The position numbers and the translations under genes were made by a program. The notes under the pieces were generated by a model. It saw nothing but the letters and a program-made list of their open reading frames with translations. It made no database searches and was not told the origin of the DNA. Below, one piece after another: positions 25,673-38,023 of a stretch of DNA of 64,000 bases. The stretch comes from Lama glama. Taxonomy: Eukaryota. The DNA lies in assembly GCA_028534125.1 (NCBI GenBank), contig CM052818.1, positions 29,328,001-29,392,000 of the forward strand. Reading direction: 5' to 3'. Each line of letters starts with the position of its first letter. Position 1 is the first letter of the stretch.

Positions 25673-26134
25673 TGTGATGGCTGGTTTCATGTGCTGACGA
25701 GGCTAAGCCACGGGGTGCCCAGATGTAGTTGGTCAAACCTTATTTCGGGTATTTCTGTATGGGATTAACATTTACATTGGTGGACCTGAGTAAAGCAAAG
25801 GACCCTCCATTATGTGAGTGGGCCTCCTTCAGTGGGCCGATGGCCTGATTAGGACAGGAAGACTGGCCCTCCTCTGAGAAAGAGAATTCCACTGCCCATC
25901 GCCTTCAGACTCCGGACTTCATCTACAGAACTGGCTCTTCCTGCCTGATGGCTTTGGACCTGGAACTTCGGCTCTCCTTGGGCCTCCACGCCATCAGCCC
26001 ACCCTGCAGGTTCTGAATTTACCAGCTTCTATAATCACAAGAGTCAATTCCTTATTACGAATGAATGAATCAGTCAGTCAGTGTCTCTCTCTCTCCTACT
26101 GGTTCTGTTTTTCGGGAGAACCCTGACTACTATA
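25673..26134 (+). mobile_element. ERVL solo LTR (MLT2-like) with a 5-bp TSD
   Basis: Starts tgtgatgg...ggggtgcccagat and ends tcctactggttctgtttttcgggagaaccctgactactata. Flanked by ccagc (25668-25672) and ctagc (26135-26139). Confidence 0.88.
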
Positions 26135-29100
26135 CTAGCCTGCCTTCCTGGGACAGGGGAAGTTGGGCGTCAGGGTGGTGGCGAATCTCGGTAAAGTGAA
26201 AACATCCCTTTAGAAGGCACCTGATTCTTGAGGGGAGTTCTGTGTAGTCAGAGAAAAGCTTTTATTAACTTTGTCTGCCCTGTTGTTCCCTTGAAAGTCA
26301 CTGCAATGGATGACAATGATTATTAAAACAACCTGCACGAGAAACACCTGGGGTCCCCTGTTACCATGGAAACAGTAGCCTGTGCTTTTTGTACCACACA
26401 AGGCTACTCAGACTCACACTGTGAGTATACAAGGCCCACATCCCGGTCTTAATCTCTAATAAACTGACAATCCCAGTCGTGAATCTTGCCGCCCTGTAAC
26501 CCCAGGTGGCCTAAGATGGTAACTGTGCTACAGAGATAATGTTGTACAGTAACTTTAGAATTTTAATACTTCTCTATTACAGTTGCAGAGTGAGGGTTTT
26601 TTTTTGTTGTTATTTCATATGTTTACACTGTTTAGGAGGATTGTGGCCTAGAGAATCTGACAGGCCTGGTGACTGAAATATCTAGGATTCTATGTTCTGA
26701 GAATTAAGACAATTTGATTAGGTTGGTAAATAGTATTCACATTTGTTAGGGAATTCAGTTTGTTGCATTTTAAGTCTGATTTATTAAATTTATAAGAGCT
26801 GCTTAACTACTTAAGAAGAAAATGCTTATTAGGATTGTGACCTGCCCTTTCAGGTATATTAAGTGCCTGAGAGAAAATGAAGTACATAAAACTTATAAAC
26901 TGGAGGCCCAAGTGTCAGAGATTTAATTAACAGAGTTTTGATATAGAACAACTCAAGGAAAGTTTAATCTGTTCCTAGAGATATATAAACACTAATCACA
27001 AAATAAAAATTGATCTTATTTTATATAAAGGGATTGCACTTAGAATGACAAAACGTTTCAGCTGAACTTAGGTAAATCCAGGTTTTAACAATGACACATC
27101 GAATTCATTGAATGTACATTTAAACCCAACAAGCTTGAGGCCTCCCTCATCATCTTTGACTCCTGCCTCCTTTCCTAGAGACTTCTGGCGCATAGAGCCA
27201 GGTAGCAGTGGGGAAGAATCATCAGCTCAACCATTTCCTGGAACACGATTTGATTTATCATCACCGCTAACACCCAGGAAGCATTTACTATCTATCTGGC
27301 ATCTCATACATTATCAAATTTTTACCCTTCAAACAATCCGAGGCAGATGTTGCTGCTCCTGCCATTTCACAAATGAGGAAACTAACGTAACGAGCACATT
27401 AAATCCCAAGGTTTTATGTGCATAATTCACCACTAAATTTTATTTTGCAATAATCCTTTCCTAGTTAAAAAAAAAAGTATTTTTACTCTTTTGGGGGAGG
27501 AGTAATGGGTAGCCTTCTAAATAAATAAAAAGTATCTTTCCAATAAGAAACATGTAAACTACTCACCTCCATTCCATGTGGTATCCAATTCAACCTAGTT
27601 CCACGGATACCAAGAATCCTATCCCAGAGAACTGGACCAGTTACCACTGAGTACACTCTGCACATACTGTGTATACATATGGTGGTCACTCAATTTAGGA
27701 GGCCTCTTACATCTTTCTAGTTGGATTTAAATTCTCCACTATAGTTTATTGACAGCTACAGTTCTCTTTAATCACATAATCAGGATCTCTGATTACAATG
27801 ATAAATGCTTTCATACTCAGAAGAGAGTATTAATTACCCTAACCTCAAAAGAGTTCTCATCTTTGGATAAAGGAAACTGAAGTAACTTGTCCAGCGCAAC
27901 TGACAGAAGCAGTGCCAAAAGTGGGACGCGATCACTGGATGGCTTAAACCAAGGCGGCGACCACTCACTGTGCCTCGCATGTAGGATGTTCCAAAGTTAT
28001 TATTAACATTCTTTGGAAACACAGTTCTTGGAAAAGCCTTTAAACCACGACTGATGAAAGGCCTTTTGCAACCACTGCCCAATTACAATATTTTTTCAAG
28101 TTTAGTCCACAAGTCAAATCCCTGTCTTCCTTCACACCTTCAAGCGTATTATGCAACTTCTTACCCTGAGACTTTTGGGAACGTGTAGGAGCCATGCATG
28201 GACATGGGAGAAATCACTAGCTCAACTGTTCAAACACAGATTCCAGATTCTTTCACTCTTGAGAAACCATATGAAAAAACAGGAAGGTAGATAAGTTATT
28301 AGGAAGTACTAAAAATTCTGTCATAGAAAATGATGAATTTATTAAGTAAGGATATCATTTGAACATTTAAATAAGAAAATATTGGGGAATGAACTTCTAA
28401 TTTAGCAATACAACATAATTGTGTATTATGTTCTACAGAATTGTACATACAAACTGTATGTTCTAAAATTTACTGCCTAGATATTACATAGTAGGTGTTT
28501 CAAGCAAATAATGAAATGAAGGAATACTCAGATAATTTAACTGAAACTGAAAACAGATAAACTAGAAATAATTTAGACTGCATTTTAGACATGGTTCTTA
28601 CCCCTAACAGCACCTTGCATTTAAGTTTACTAAACATGTTTTTGAACTTAAAAAAATTTAGACATAAATCTGTATCATGATCTATACAATTCTCTACTGA
28701 CAGGATTGACTTCAAATTTTTCTTATGCTGTAGGGATTATTCTTTCCCTTCTTGGCACTCAAGCACAAGGATAATCCGTATTCCTAGAACCAGAATTTTT
28801 GAATCAAATCTGTATCTTCAAACTGCTCTTACAGCAAAACTGAGAAAACCCATGCCTCTGCATTTTGATCAACAGCAGTGTTTTATAAGACTTTTTAAAC
28901 ATTTGCCAGTTTCTTTTGTGGCATTTCAGTTTCCTTGGAGATTTTTTTTTAAACTCCACTCACCTTTCTACGCCTGACTTTCATGAAGAGTACTTCAGAG
29001 GTTAAGACACCTGCGATGCAATACATTATATCAACCAATAGGTGGCCCTCTAGCAACACACACTCTCCCGTCAAAATTTCTGAACTTCAAAGTTTTAGAT

Positions 29101-29709
29101 CAAGACTTTACCAACTCTTAATGTTCAGTTTTCTCACAATAAGTCTAATTATTTCAATAATTTACCTAACAGAACTCTGCTTATTTTAACAAGATAACCA
29201 TAGACACTGGGATCCCTGGATACTTAAGATTCCAGTGTTCAAATGTGTCTAATTTTCTTTCATTTGCAGGTCAATAGGTTTTTTATTTCCATGAGATAAT
29301 AGCATCCATATATCTTGTAATCCAGAGGTATATTTTTCCAGAAAATTAAAGTTTATACTTTTAAGAGCAGCAATAAATGACAACATGAAAAATTCATTTG
29401 AGATCAGTGATAGGCATCACCAGGAGTTTAACTTACTGAAAATCACTGACTTTGCTTTAATCCATTAATTCATCAAGTATATACTGTTACCTATTATGCC
29501 CTCCACTGTGCTTGGCTGTGATACAGAGGGGATGAGACTCCACTTCTAACTTGGCTTTCTGCCTGGCTCTAAGGCTGCAGTTTCTTTCTTCTCTAAGCAC
29601 ACAATGCATAAGGAAATTGAAAAAAAAAATCTCAGATTTTTTCACTTTGCTACTTTTATATCCTAAGGGATAATATTCATCGAAGATGTGCTTTGAGACC
29701 ATGGGCAGA

Positions 29710-29950
29710 ACAAGGACTGAAGTTGAGAGTACAGACGCTGGAGCCAGGGAGCCTGGATTTGCACCTGCCACTTCCTGGTATCTGACCCGGGCAGGTAATG
29801 TAATCTTCTGTGTCTCAGTTCCTCTCCACCCAAAAGGAGGTAATTATACACCCACCTCACAGGACAGCCTGCAGAATTAAATATCTTAATGGATGGAAAG
29901 CACTTTGAACAGTGCCTGGCGCTACACTATACACATGTCAGCTAACTTCA
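29710..29950. mobile_element. MIR SINE
   Basis: ctggagccagggagcctggattt...gccacttcctgg...tgtctcagttcctc...aaagcactttgaacagtgcctggc. Confidence 0.75.
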
Positions 29951-31014
29951 TTTTTCACTAGTCAGAAGAACTCGTTATTTCCAGTGAAGTCCAGCTTTTA
30001 GGGTGCTCCTACCCCTAGAATTTCCTTCTAGCATGGCACTGAAAATTTTCAGAAAGATCAATGACTACCCTTCCTTGTTCATAATATGAATACAAGGGGG
30101 TCCTTCCAAAGCAGTTCAGCCTCCTCACCCCAAGAAAAGAATACATTTTAAGAATGGGCAAGATGAGAGGGTATCGAGAGGGGTCGGAGAGGAAGAGAGG
30201 CCAGGGCAGGAATAAGAGAAAGTCCAGAGGTCGAGGAGGGGGAGGCTGTCAACACGCGGCCACTGCAACCAACTCCCTGCAGCACCGCCCATGGCCACCT
30301 GAAATCTTCTCTCCACGCCTGGTGTCTGGCCTCCCAGACTTTAGCTGAGAATTCAGAGGGGACCCTGAGCAACCCCCAAAATACACTGAGTTGTACAACT
30401 AGGCAGTTCTCCTCGTGTAACATTACTCTGACACGATCCATCTCCCTCCACTTGCTTCCCCTCCATGTGGTACCAATCTGTGAGTTGCCATGTAGCTTCA
30501 GAGAACACTACTGAAGGGGCCATTCCCACCGCCTCCAACTGCCAGTGGTCTCAGATGCAACTGCTGCCTTAGCAAGAATTAGTGCCCGTGACCTATTGGA
30601 CCAGAAGTGTGAAAGCCTGTTCCGGAGCCAAAGCTTTACTTTACACTGCACTTTAATGCTTGAAGCTGATGACAAGTGCTGCGATTTATTCCTCAAATTC
30701 CTCCAGCACTGTTTCCATCAGTAACTAATTGTTCCCCAAAGCAGCGCTGCACTCCTAGAGAAGCTGGAAGGTTCAGTGCCTGACCGGCTGGGGTGCATCC
30801 AATGCTTTCATTAACAAACAGACAATGTGGTCCTTTCTCAACGAGCACATATCTCTGAACAGCAGCACTGAAAAGGTTCACTGGCAGAAATTATGAGCAA
30901 ATCAGTTTTAAAATTCACACATTCTTTGCTTCCTCTTTGAAAAATTAATAACGGCATTAAAGCCGGTTTTTAACATGATCAGGCTGAATGCTGTTAGGTG
31001 TCTCTAGAATCTTG

Positions 31015-31178
31015 CCAGTTGTGGTCCGAAGACCAGCAGCTGCTGCATCACCTTGGGACTTGCTAGGAATGCAGAATTTTGCCCACCTCGACCCCCCACC
31101 ACCTAGAACCAGAATTTGGTTTTTTGATAAGATCACCAGGTAACTGATGTGCCCATTAATGTGTATGAAGCAGTGGTC
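31015..31178. mobile_element. hAT MITE, MER5-like
   Basis: gtggtccgaagaccagcagc...catcaccttgggacttgctaggaatgcagaat...gaagcagtgg. Confidence 0.65.
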
Positions 31179-31359
31179 TAGAAGGGAAAGTTTTCTATGA
31201 GGACAGTTATTTCTGCATTTGTCTATCCTTTAATCCTTAATTCATGTTCAGATGCTATTAGGTAACTGTGTATTTTATAAGAACCCTGGATTTCAGTTTT
31301 GTCTGAAAATGTATTTGATCTGAGTCACCTAGCAGCTACAGCATTCAGTGCTAAAATCT

Positions 31360-31560
31360 TCTGAATGCTTACCAAGTGTCAAGGGCTAGGCCATGTGTTC
31401 ATGCATTCACTTATTTAATTCTTACAACCCTGTGAGGCAGGTGACTTTAGTTTCATTTGAGGAAACTGAGGCACGGGGAGACAAAGGAACAAGGTTATGT
31501 AGCTAAGAAGTTGCCAAACCAGGATTCACACCCAGGCAGCCTGGTTCCAGAGCCCCTGTG
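31360..31560. mobile_element. MIR SINE
   Basis: atttaattcttacaaccctgtgaggcagg...tgaggaaactgaggcac...ggattcacacccaggcagcctggttccagagcc. Confidence 0.75.
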
Positions 31561-31876
31561 CCACGCCCCCTGCTCTGACTCTCTCACTTGCTGTACGCCA
31601 GCGGAGAGCGCTCGGCGGGCGATGGTTTGGCATGAGAAAAGTATCAGGTACTAAGCAAGGAAATGCCAGCTAATCACAGGGCCTCTGGAAAAACTGTTTA
31701 ACTTGGCTGTGGACTTCCCCCTGGATTCAGAGTAGAGTACCCCTAAGTCTAGCTGGAGGTCCGTAATTTTAGGGGTATAAAAGAAATACTCCTTCTGGGT
31801 TAACTACTTCCTATAGTCTAATGGAAACAGAACAGTGGTTTTCAACATGTGTTCCCTGGAACCCTGGGGTCCTTTA

Positions 31877-32436
31877 CAGACACCTCAATAGCCTAACCAG
31901 TTGGCAAGCTTAGTTGACTGGTGAAACAAAGGATTTAGAATATACATAAACTCAGTTGATAAAGCAGTGGCAGGGTTTGAGAGGAGTGACTTGAATTTTG
32001 AAGGAAGTTCTACCATGGGTAAAATGCTATTAAACAGCATTGCTTTGCAAAAGAAGAATCATTTGAGGTGGCAAAGTTCACTGCTGTCATATTTTAAGAA
32101 ACTGTCACAGTCACCCCACCTCCAGCAACCATCAACCTGATCAGTCAGCAGCCATGAACAACGAAGCAGGACCCTCCACCAGCAAATGACAACCTGCTGA
32201 AGCCTCAGGTGAAGGCTAGCGTTTTTGAGCAGTACGGGTATTTTTAAATTACAGTATGGACATTGGTTTTTTAAGACACAATGCTATTGCACACTCTTAA
32301 CAGACTACAGTACAGTGTAAATATAACTTTTGTATGCTGTGGTCAACCAAAACGATTCGGGTGACTTGCTTTATTGCAATATTTGCTTTACGTAGTGGTC
32401 TGGAACTGAATCCATAATATCTCCAAGGTATGCCTG
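31877..32436 (+). mobile_element. Tigger1-like Tc1/mariner DNA transposon, internally deleted
   Basis: Left end ta|cagacacctc and right end aggtatgcctg. Internal gataaagcagtggcagggtttgagagga...gaagttctaccatgggtaaaatgctat...gtggtctggaactgaa is typical of the Tigger1 3' part. It sits inside an older hAT-like relic that starts near 31833. Confidence 0.82.
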
Positions 32437-34203
32437 TGTATCTTTAAAACAGGGTCTGCACAGCCACTTAAAACTTACCATCTTTCATTGGTTCTAAGAT
32501 GCCCTAGATGGTAAAATATGTCCTGATGTAAGTGGAAAAAGGGCTTGTGGCCATTGATAGATGCTATCAGTTATAAGACAGCCCCAATTTCAGAGATGAT
32601 GAGTAAAACAAAAAACAAAGTGTGCCTTAGATCAATGATACGGATTTCAGCTTTAAATATTCTCTTAAATATAAATATATAATAACAATTAATGTGTAGA
32701 AAAAAGGCTTGGATGAAAAAACAAACTGGTAAGAGCGAACATCTTTAGTGAGTGGAATTCCCTTGTGATGGGGCAGGTAGGGAGAGGGGAACATAACGTC
32801 TTTGATTAATTCTTCAGAAGGAGTATATATTTTAAAAAAAATTAAACAATAAGAACTACGTAAGTAGAAAGGTTTGAGGTATTCGAGGATCATGAGAAGA
32901 TGACTCAAGCCCTCTTGTATCTGCTTCCTTCAGATTTCGCCTTCCTCTCCTTGTGTGTACCTCACTCCTTGTGTTCCTGCTCTACCCACATCCTCCCAAC
33001 AACCCAACAAGACATACACCTCTGTCTTACAAATGAGCTGCACTGAGTGAGATGATTTTTCGCCTCCGACTCAGGCAGCTGCTGGGGGCAGTTCTGAATT
33101 CCAGACCCAGCCCGCCTGGTGGCAGAATCTGCCCTCTTTCCATTTCTGAGCTACCATCATTACCATCTATATCTTTATGTCTTTGCTCTTTATCCTGTGC
33201 TGTTCCTTTTCCTTTGATAGTATTTCAAATTATTTTCTTTTTTCTGCTCCATTGGTTTTAAGTTATGTCCAAGCTAAATAGCCAACTTATTAAGTAACTT
33301 GAAAACTGCATTCTAATTGACCATCAATGAGTGCATTTCCTCTTTTCAAGCAATTCTTCCCCTCAACTATTCTGCGAATTTGTTCATTTATAAATTCCTT
33401 CACTTTACATCCAATACAGTATTTTTCTAGCCTTATCAAATCAATTCTACATTCAAAGACAAAATGACACACCAAACACTTTCAAACATTAAAAAAAACA
33501 AAAAACAAAAAACAAGCAGTAAGGAGCTGCAGTGCAAAGGAAAAAAAGCCATCAGCGCAGAACCCAACAGTCACCAAATAGCCCAGCCCTGGAGCCGGGA
33601 GTCCGCACCTTCCAGTCCTCTGCCCCCACAAGGAATGGGGGTAAAACTGAGAGTTGAGCCTATCCCATTTTTCCCATTTGACCAAAGGTTCAACCCCAGG
33701 TCTCAAACTTGAACGTCAAGGAGATTTGTTCAAATGCATTTCACTTACTTTCTACTCTCTTCCTTTATTGTTCTAACCTCTCTGTGATCTCTCTCACCAA
33801 GAGGTTGACATAAAAACTTGGGCTTTGACCCAGGGAGGTTTTCTGTCACCCCTAATAAGTAGAAACTGTTAGATCTGAGAAGGACTGTAGGAAAAAAAGA
33901 AATAACAGGAACTATAAATTCCACAGACCTACGGAACCAACTGCTAAGATGCATTATAATTCTTTGGTTCATTTATCATTCTTTGGGGGAGATGGAATGA
34001 CGGCTTCCAAAATGAATGACCGGGTCCGGCATGGGGGTAAGCCAGGAACCAGACAGTTACGCAATCCTGCTCTTCCACTCATACAAACACACCCACACAC
34101 CCCTCCGATGAACGTAAGATAAAAGAGAACAGTCAGGCTCCAAAGGAGGTGAGAAGAACCTGCTTCCAAAGGCTCCAGGAGAAGGAACTGGGTAAGGGCT
34201 CAC

Positions 34204-34374
34204 CTGAATCTTTCATGGGGCAGAGGGCACACTGCATACCCCAGGCCTCCCCATACAGACAGCAGCACTCAGTGTACGTTGTCTGCTTGCCCACAAGGGG
34301 CCGGCTACACACATACTCATCACTCAGATGCTCCCAGCACAGATCTTGGTACACATCGGTTTCTTCGATTTGTT
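34204..34374 (-). CDS. LTBP1: LTBP1 coding exon (equivalent to human exon 31): last TB (8-Cys) domain
   Basis: ctttcag|AA ... TCAG|gtgagc. Reads (E)QIEETDVYQDLCWEHLSDEYVCSRPLVGKQTTYTECCCLYGEAWGMQCALCPMKDS. 171 nt. Confidence 0.97.
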
Positions 34375-35348
34375 CTGAAAGGGAAGACACGGCTCCATGA
34401 CAATTGCACTGTTATTCCTATTTCACAAACACTGTGGTGGAAGCCAGAGAGTCTCAAAGTTTCCATCTCCATTCCTAAGGGTGACTTCCAAGTGAAAGTC
34501 TGAAGCCAGCCTGGTCTTTCCATGGATCAAACCTCTGTCATCTCCAACTGGGTGTCATTCCATCAGCTGAAATTCAACCTGCCCATCCTGTTCCAGTTAA
34601 ATCCCTCCCTCCTGGCTTCCATCGTTACATAAAACCCTCCCCTATCTTGCCTGTACTTCATAAGCCTGATGGACTTCTCATTCTTTCAGTCTTTGATTTT
34701 TCACACGTACTCCTTTGTCAAATGCTACCATTTAGTTCTATGTGACATTTTTTGGAGTCATCCTTTTCCATCCATTTCATCTGCCAAAACCCTGAACTAG
34801 TGACACTTCATCCTGGGGTCCTTAGTGCTAACCTTTCTACTTTTCAATTGACTTCAACCAAAGTAGTCCCCTGAATGTGCTGATACACTGATCAATTAAG
34901 CCAAGTATCAGCACACAGCACCTTCTCGGGGATGAACAGGGGTTCCCATCAATGGACTTCAGAGCTCTCCATCACTTGGATGGCTTCCGCCCCTCTGTTC
35001 ATCTGTGTCCTACAGTGCAGTCAAGCAAACCTGGTTATTTTTCCTGGAACTTCCATCTTCCTCCGTTGACTTTGAGGGTTACTGTGACCAACCCTGAGGC
35101 ACGGAACAACTCTGCTGTTTGTTCAGCCACTCTGTAGTTTGTTGCCCATTAAACCAGTATGTGAGGGCATTACATCTCCTCCACAGTGATGATATGCATT
35201 TAATTCTTCCTCTGAGCATGTCATTTTAATTATTTCAAAATACCCAAGGAATCAATTTTTCTGTTTTCCAACAGCTCACATTTCAGTCAAAAGGAAAACC
35301 TTATGACATTTATTTGGACACAGGCATGCATCTCACATCCAAACATAC

Positions 35349-35489
35349 CATGTGATTCGGTTGGTCGGATACATCTTTTTTCCGAAGCATCCAGGACCAT
35401 TGGGTGAGCACAGAAGCACTTATAAGAGCCTTCTGTATTAATGCACTGGCCGTCAATACAACTGTTGGGGTCTTGACACTCATCTATGT
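35349..35489 (-). CDS. LTBP1: LTBP1 coding exon (equivalent to human exon 30): cbEGF
   Basis: Translated by hand (not in the ORF track). ctctgaag|AC ... CATG|gtatgt. Reads (D)[46 protein letters not shown]. 141 nt. Confidence 0.96.
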
Positions 35490-36167
35490 CTTCAGAGAAA
35501 AAAATGAAAGAAAATCAGCAATCAGTTGCGCCTCATACACTTAACCCAACTTAATACACTGCTAAATTTAGTCCAGATTCCAGGGGCTGCCACGTTTTAA
35601 TTAGCTATATATCATCATCCAAAAAAGAACAGCCCTGACTATAAAAATGCTAAGTTACAGTGATTGGAAAAATAACATTGCTCTAATGCTGCTGACATTA
35701 AATAAAGAAAACATTTAACAACAAGATATGCTTAGAAATTTAAGATAAAATGCCTCTTTATGACAGTTTTAAAATTATTTCCTTTTGCTATGTTTTTCTG
35801 CCTGGGTATATGGTTTTCTGCTTAAGCATTAAAGTCTGGGTCAGCATTTAAAAGTGACTTTCAGTGGTATGATGTGAGTGATGAAACAGGAGGCTCCCCA
35901 GACCGCGAGAACGCTTCAGTTATACCAGTCACCTGAAGCGTAATTCCACACTGAATATTAACTCTTTGTCTGAAATCTATTCAAATAGTAGTATGAAGGG
36001 TTTTCATTTTCTTCAATCTTGCTCAAGGAAAAGATCCATAAAAGATTCACGGATCTTTTCAACACATGATTTAGATGCAAAGAAATTGTTCTGATGCATA
36101 GCATTACTTATTTCTTCCCATTTGTGTATTTTCACAGCATATCACACTATATCCTTTTAAAATTTAC

Positions 36168-36296
36168 CAAAGCACTGCAATTTGACAGGGTCATAGTATG
36201 TCCCTTGTTTACAGTAGCATTCATAACCAGGCTGAGTGTTCAAACAGAAGCCATTTTTGCAGATTTCTTGTCCAAAAAGTAGGCATTCATCTGCAT
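36168..36296 (-). CDS. LTBP1: LTBP1 coding exon (equivalent to human exon 29): cbEGF
   Basis: Translated by hand. ccccacag|AT ... TTTG|gtaaat. Reads (D)[42 protein letters not shown]. 129 nt. Confidence 0.96.
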
Positions 36297-36810
36297 CTGT
36301 GGGGACAAAAATGGAGAAATAGAGGAGTCAGCTTTGATCTTTCAGTTAAAGAGAAGAATCTAACCAATACTGGGCTTCAAGTTAGATATTATATAATATT
36401 TATATTTGTCTTAAAGACAAAGCAATATAAAGTTCTTAAACTTGGGAACAATTCACAGATGGAGAAACACAATCAGGCTTTTCTGTTTCAGGAGCAATGC
36501 CCAAAACATTAGTAGAGAAAGTATATTTGTAAATACAGCTTCCGAGATGCTACTTCATATTTGACAAAACAGTCTGTAGGTTTCCTAATGGCACCAACAA
36601 TATTCTCTGAACAGAATACCCTTTAAGGCATGTGCCTTTCTATAAATATATATTTACATGTGTTATCTTACTTAATCCTCATGATAACCTTTGAAAGCCA
36701 GAGACAGAAACTCAGAATATTGAGTGAAGTCTCACTATCACACAGACTTAAAGTGTTCCAACTCCCAAGCCACGGTTCTGCCAGAGTCCATTGGGGCCTT
36801 CCTTCCATTG

Positions 36811-36903
36811 ATTTCCACTTGGAGGAGGCCCCGGGGATTGAACCCGGGCACTCTTGTGTGCTGAGCATGCGCTCCAAGCATGAGCTATACCCCCTTCCCC
36901 GCT
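36811..36903 (-). mobile_element. Tail-less tRNA-Ala-derived SINE or retrocopy with a 17-bp TSD
   Basis: The minus strand reads ggggaagggggtatagctcatgcttggagcgcatgctcagcacacaagagtgcccgggttcaatccccggggcctcc. TSD gggccttccttcca(t/a)tg at 36794-36810 and 36904-36920. Confidence 0.85.
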
Positions 36904-37047
36904 GGGCCTTCCTTCCAATGGCAGAATTCAAGGCTTTGTAATCAGTTAGCACCTCTGAAAAGAACCCTCTGCCTAGCCCGAGTCATGCTGTTACTTGAAT
37001 GTCATATGTGCACACACGTTGCCAATTCACTTCCGCTTGATTCTGAC

Positions 37048-37131
37048 CTTTATAGTTGTCGCCATCGTCGTAAGAAGATTCTCCACTGGGGACAAAACCT
37101 TTCCCTCTAGGACACATTTCAGTGAATTCAG
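37048..37131 (-). CDS. LTBP1: LTBP1 coding exon (equivalent to human exon 28): 8th Cys of TB3 and linker
   Basis: Translated by hand. aaatcag|CT ... AAAG|gtcaga. Reads (A)EFTEMCPRGKGFVPSGESSYDDGDNYK. 84 nt. Confidence 0.95.
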
Positions 37132-37846
37132 CTGATTTCAGAAGAGACAAGGGGAAAAAAAGTCAAAGAAAGAAAAAAATCAGCATCTTCCATGAGCACG
37201 TGTTTCAACTTCAGTTTTGCTTTTTCAGACTCAGGAACTTTAAGGCAAATCTTGCCATTTAATTCAGACAAATAAGTTCAGTACAGTTTCAAAAGTTACA
37301 GATTAGGTGCAAACAAATCTAAAGACTTCATAAGTTCACTTGTAATTTTTAAAAATCTTTCCTAGTTCACCCACATATTATTAACCCATGTTTTACTTAT
37401 GGATGCAGTGGGGTCTCATGACTTATTTCTCCAACACTGTCATTTCTAGTATTTTAAATTCTTAATAAGAACGCATCAAGCAAAATCTTAAATATGAAAG
37501 CTCTAATTAGGAATAATGGTTAGCAAAAAATGATTGGTTTTGACTCAAAAATGGAATAAAACTGAAGTATCTTCATGCCAAAATATCACATGGTATGTCG
37601 CAGAAACAGTATACTCTGTGACAGAGAGAAGTTTAAGGATTCATACTGAGGTAGGATACGGGTGTGGGTTCCAGCCCTGAGCAAAACTCACCTGAAGGTA
37701 ATCTCACCTCAATCTGACTATGACAGGTACCAGTAGATGCTATCATTACAAGGCTTCAATGTAATATCCCAAATGGGAACATTCCAAGGCCCGTGAACAC
37801 CAGAGGACAAATGCGAGTGTGAACACACCCCTTAGCTGGTTCTTAC

Positions 37847-38023
37847 CAGTCCCCAAGACGGGGCAGGGGAAGATCTCACAGTTGTCGCCCCACCCAGCAC
37901 CAGAGGTACAGCAGCATTCTCGTTTGGTGACGTTGGGGGCCAGCACATTGTCACAAAGACTGGCATCATTCAGATTATAGTAGCATTCTTTCTTTTCTTC
38001 TGTGGGTTGATCCACCTCTAAGT
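37847..38023 (-). CDS. LTBP1: LTBP1 coding exon (equivalent to human exon 27): TGF-beta/LAP-binding TB3 domain
   Basis: tgtttag|AC ... ACTG|gtaaga. Reads (D)[58 protein letters not shown]. Has the CCC motif, the NVT sequon and the C-EIFP-C insertion. 177 nt. Confidence 0.97.
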
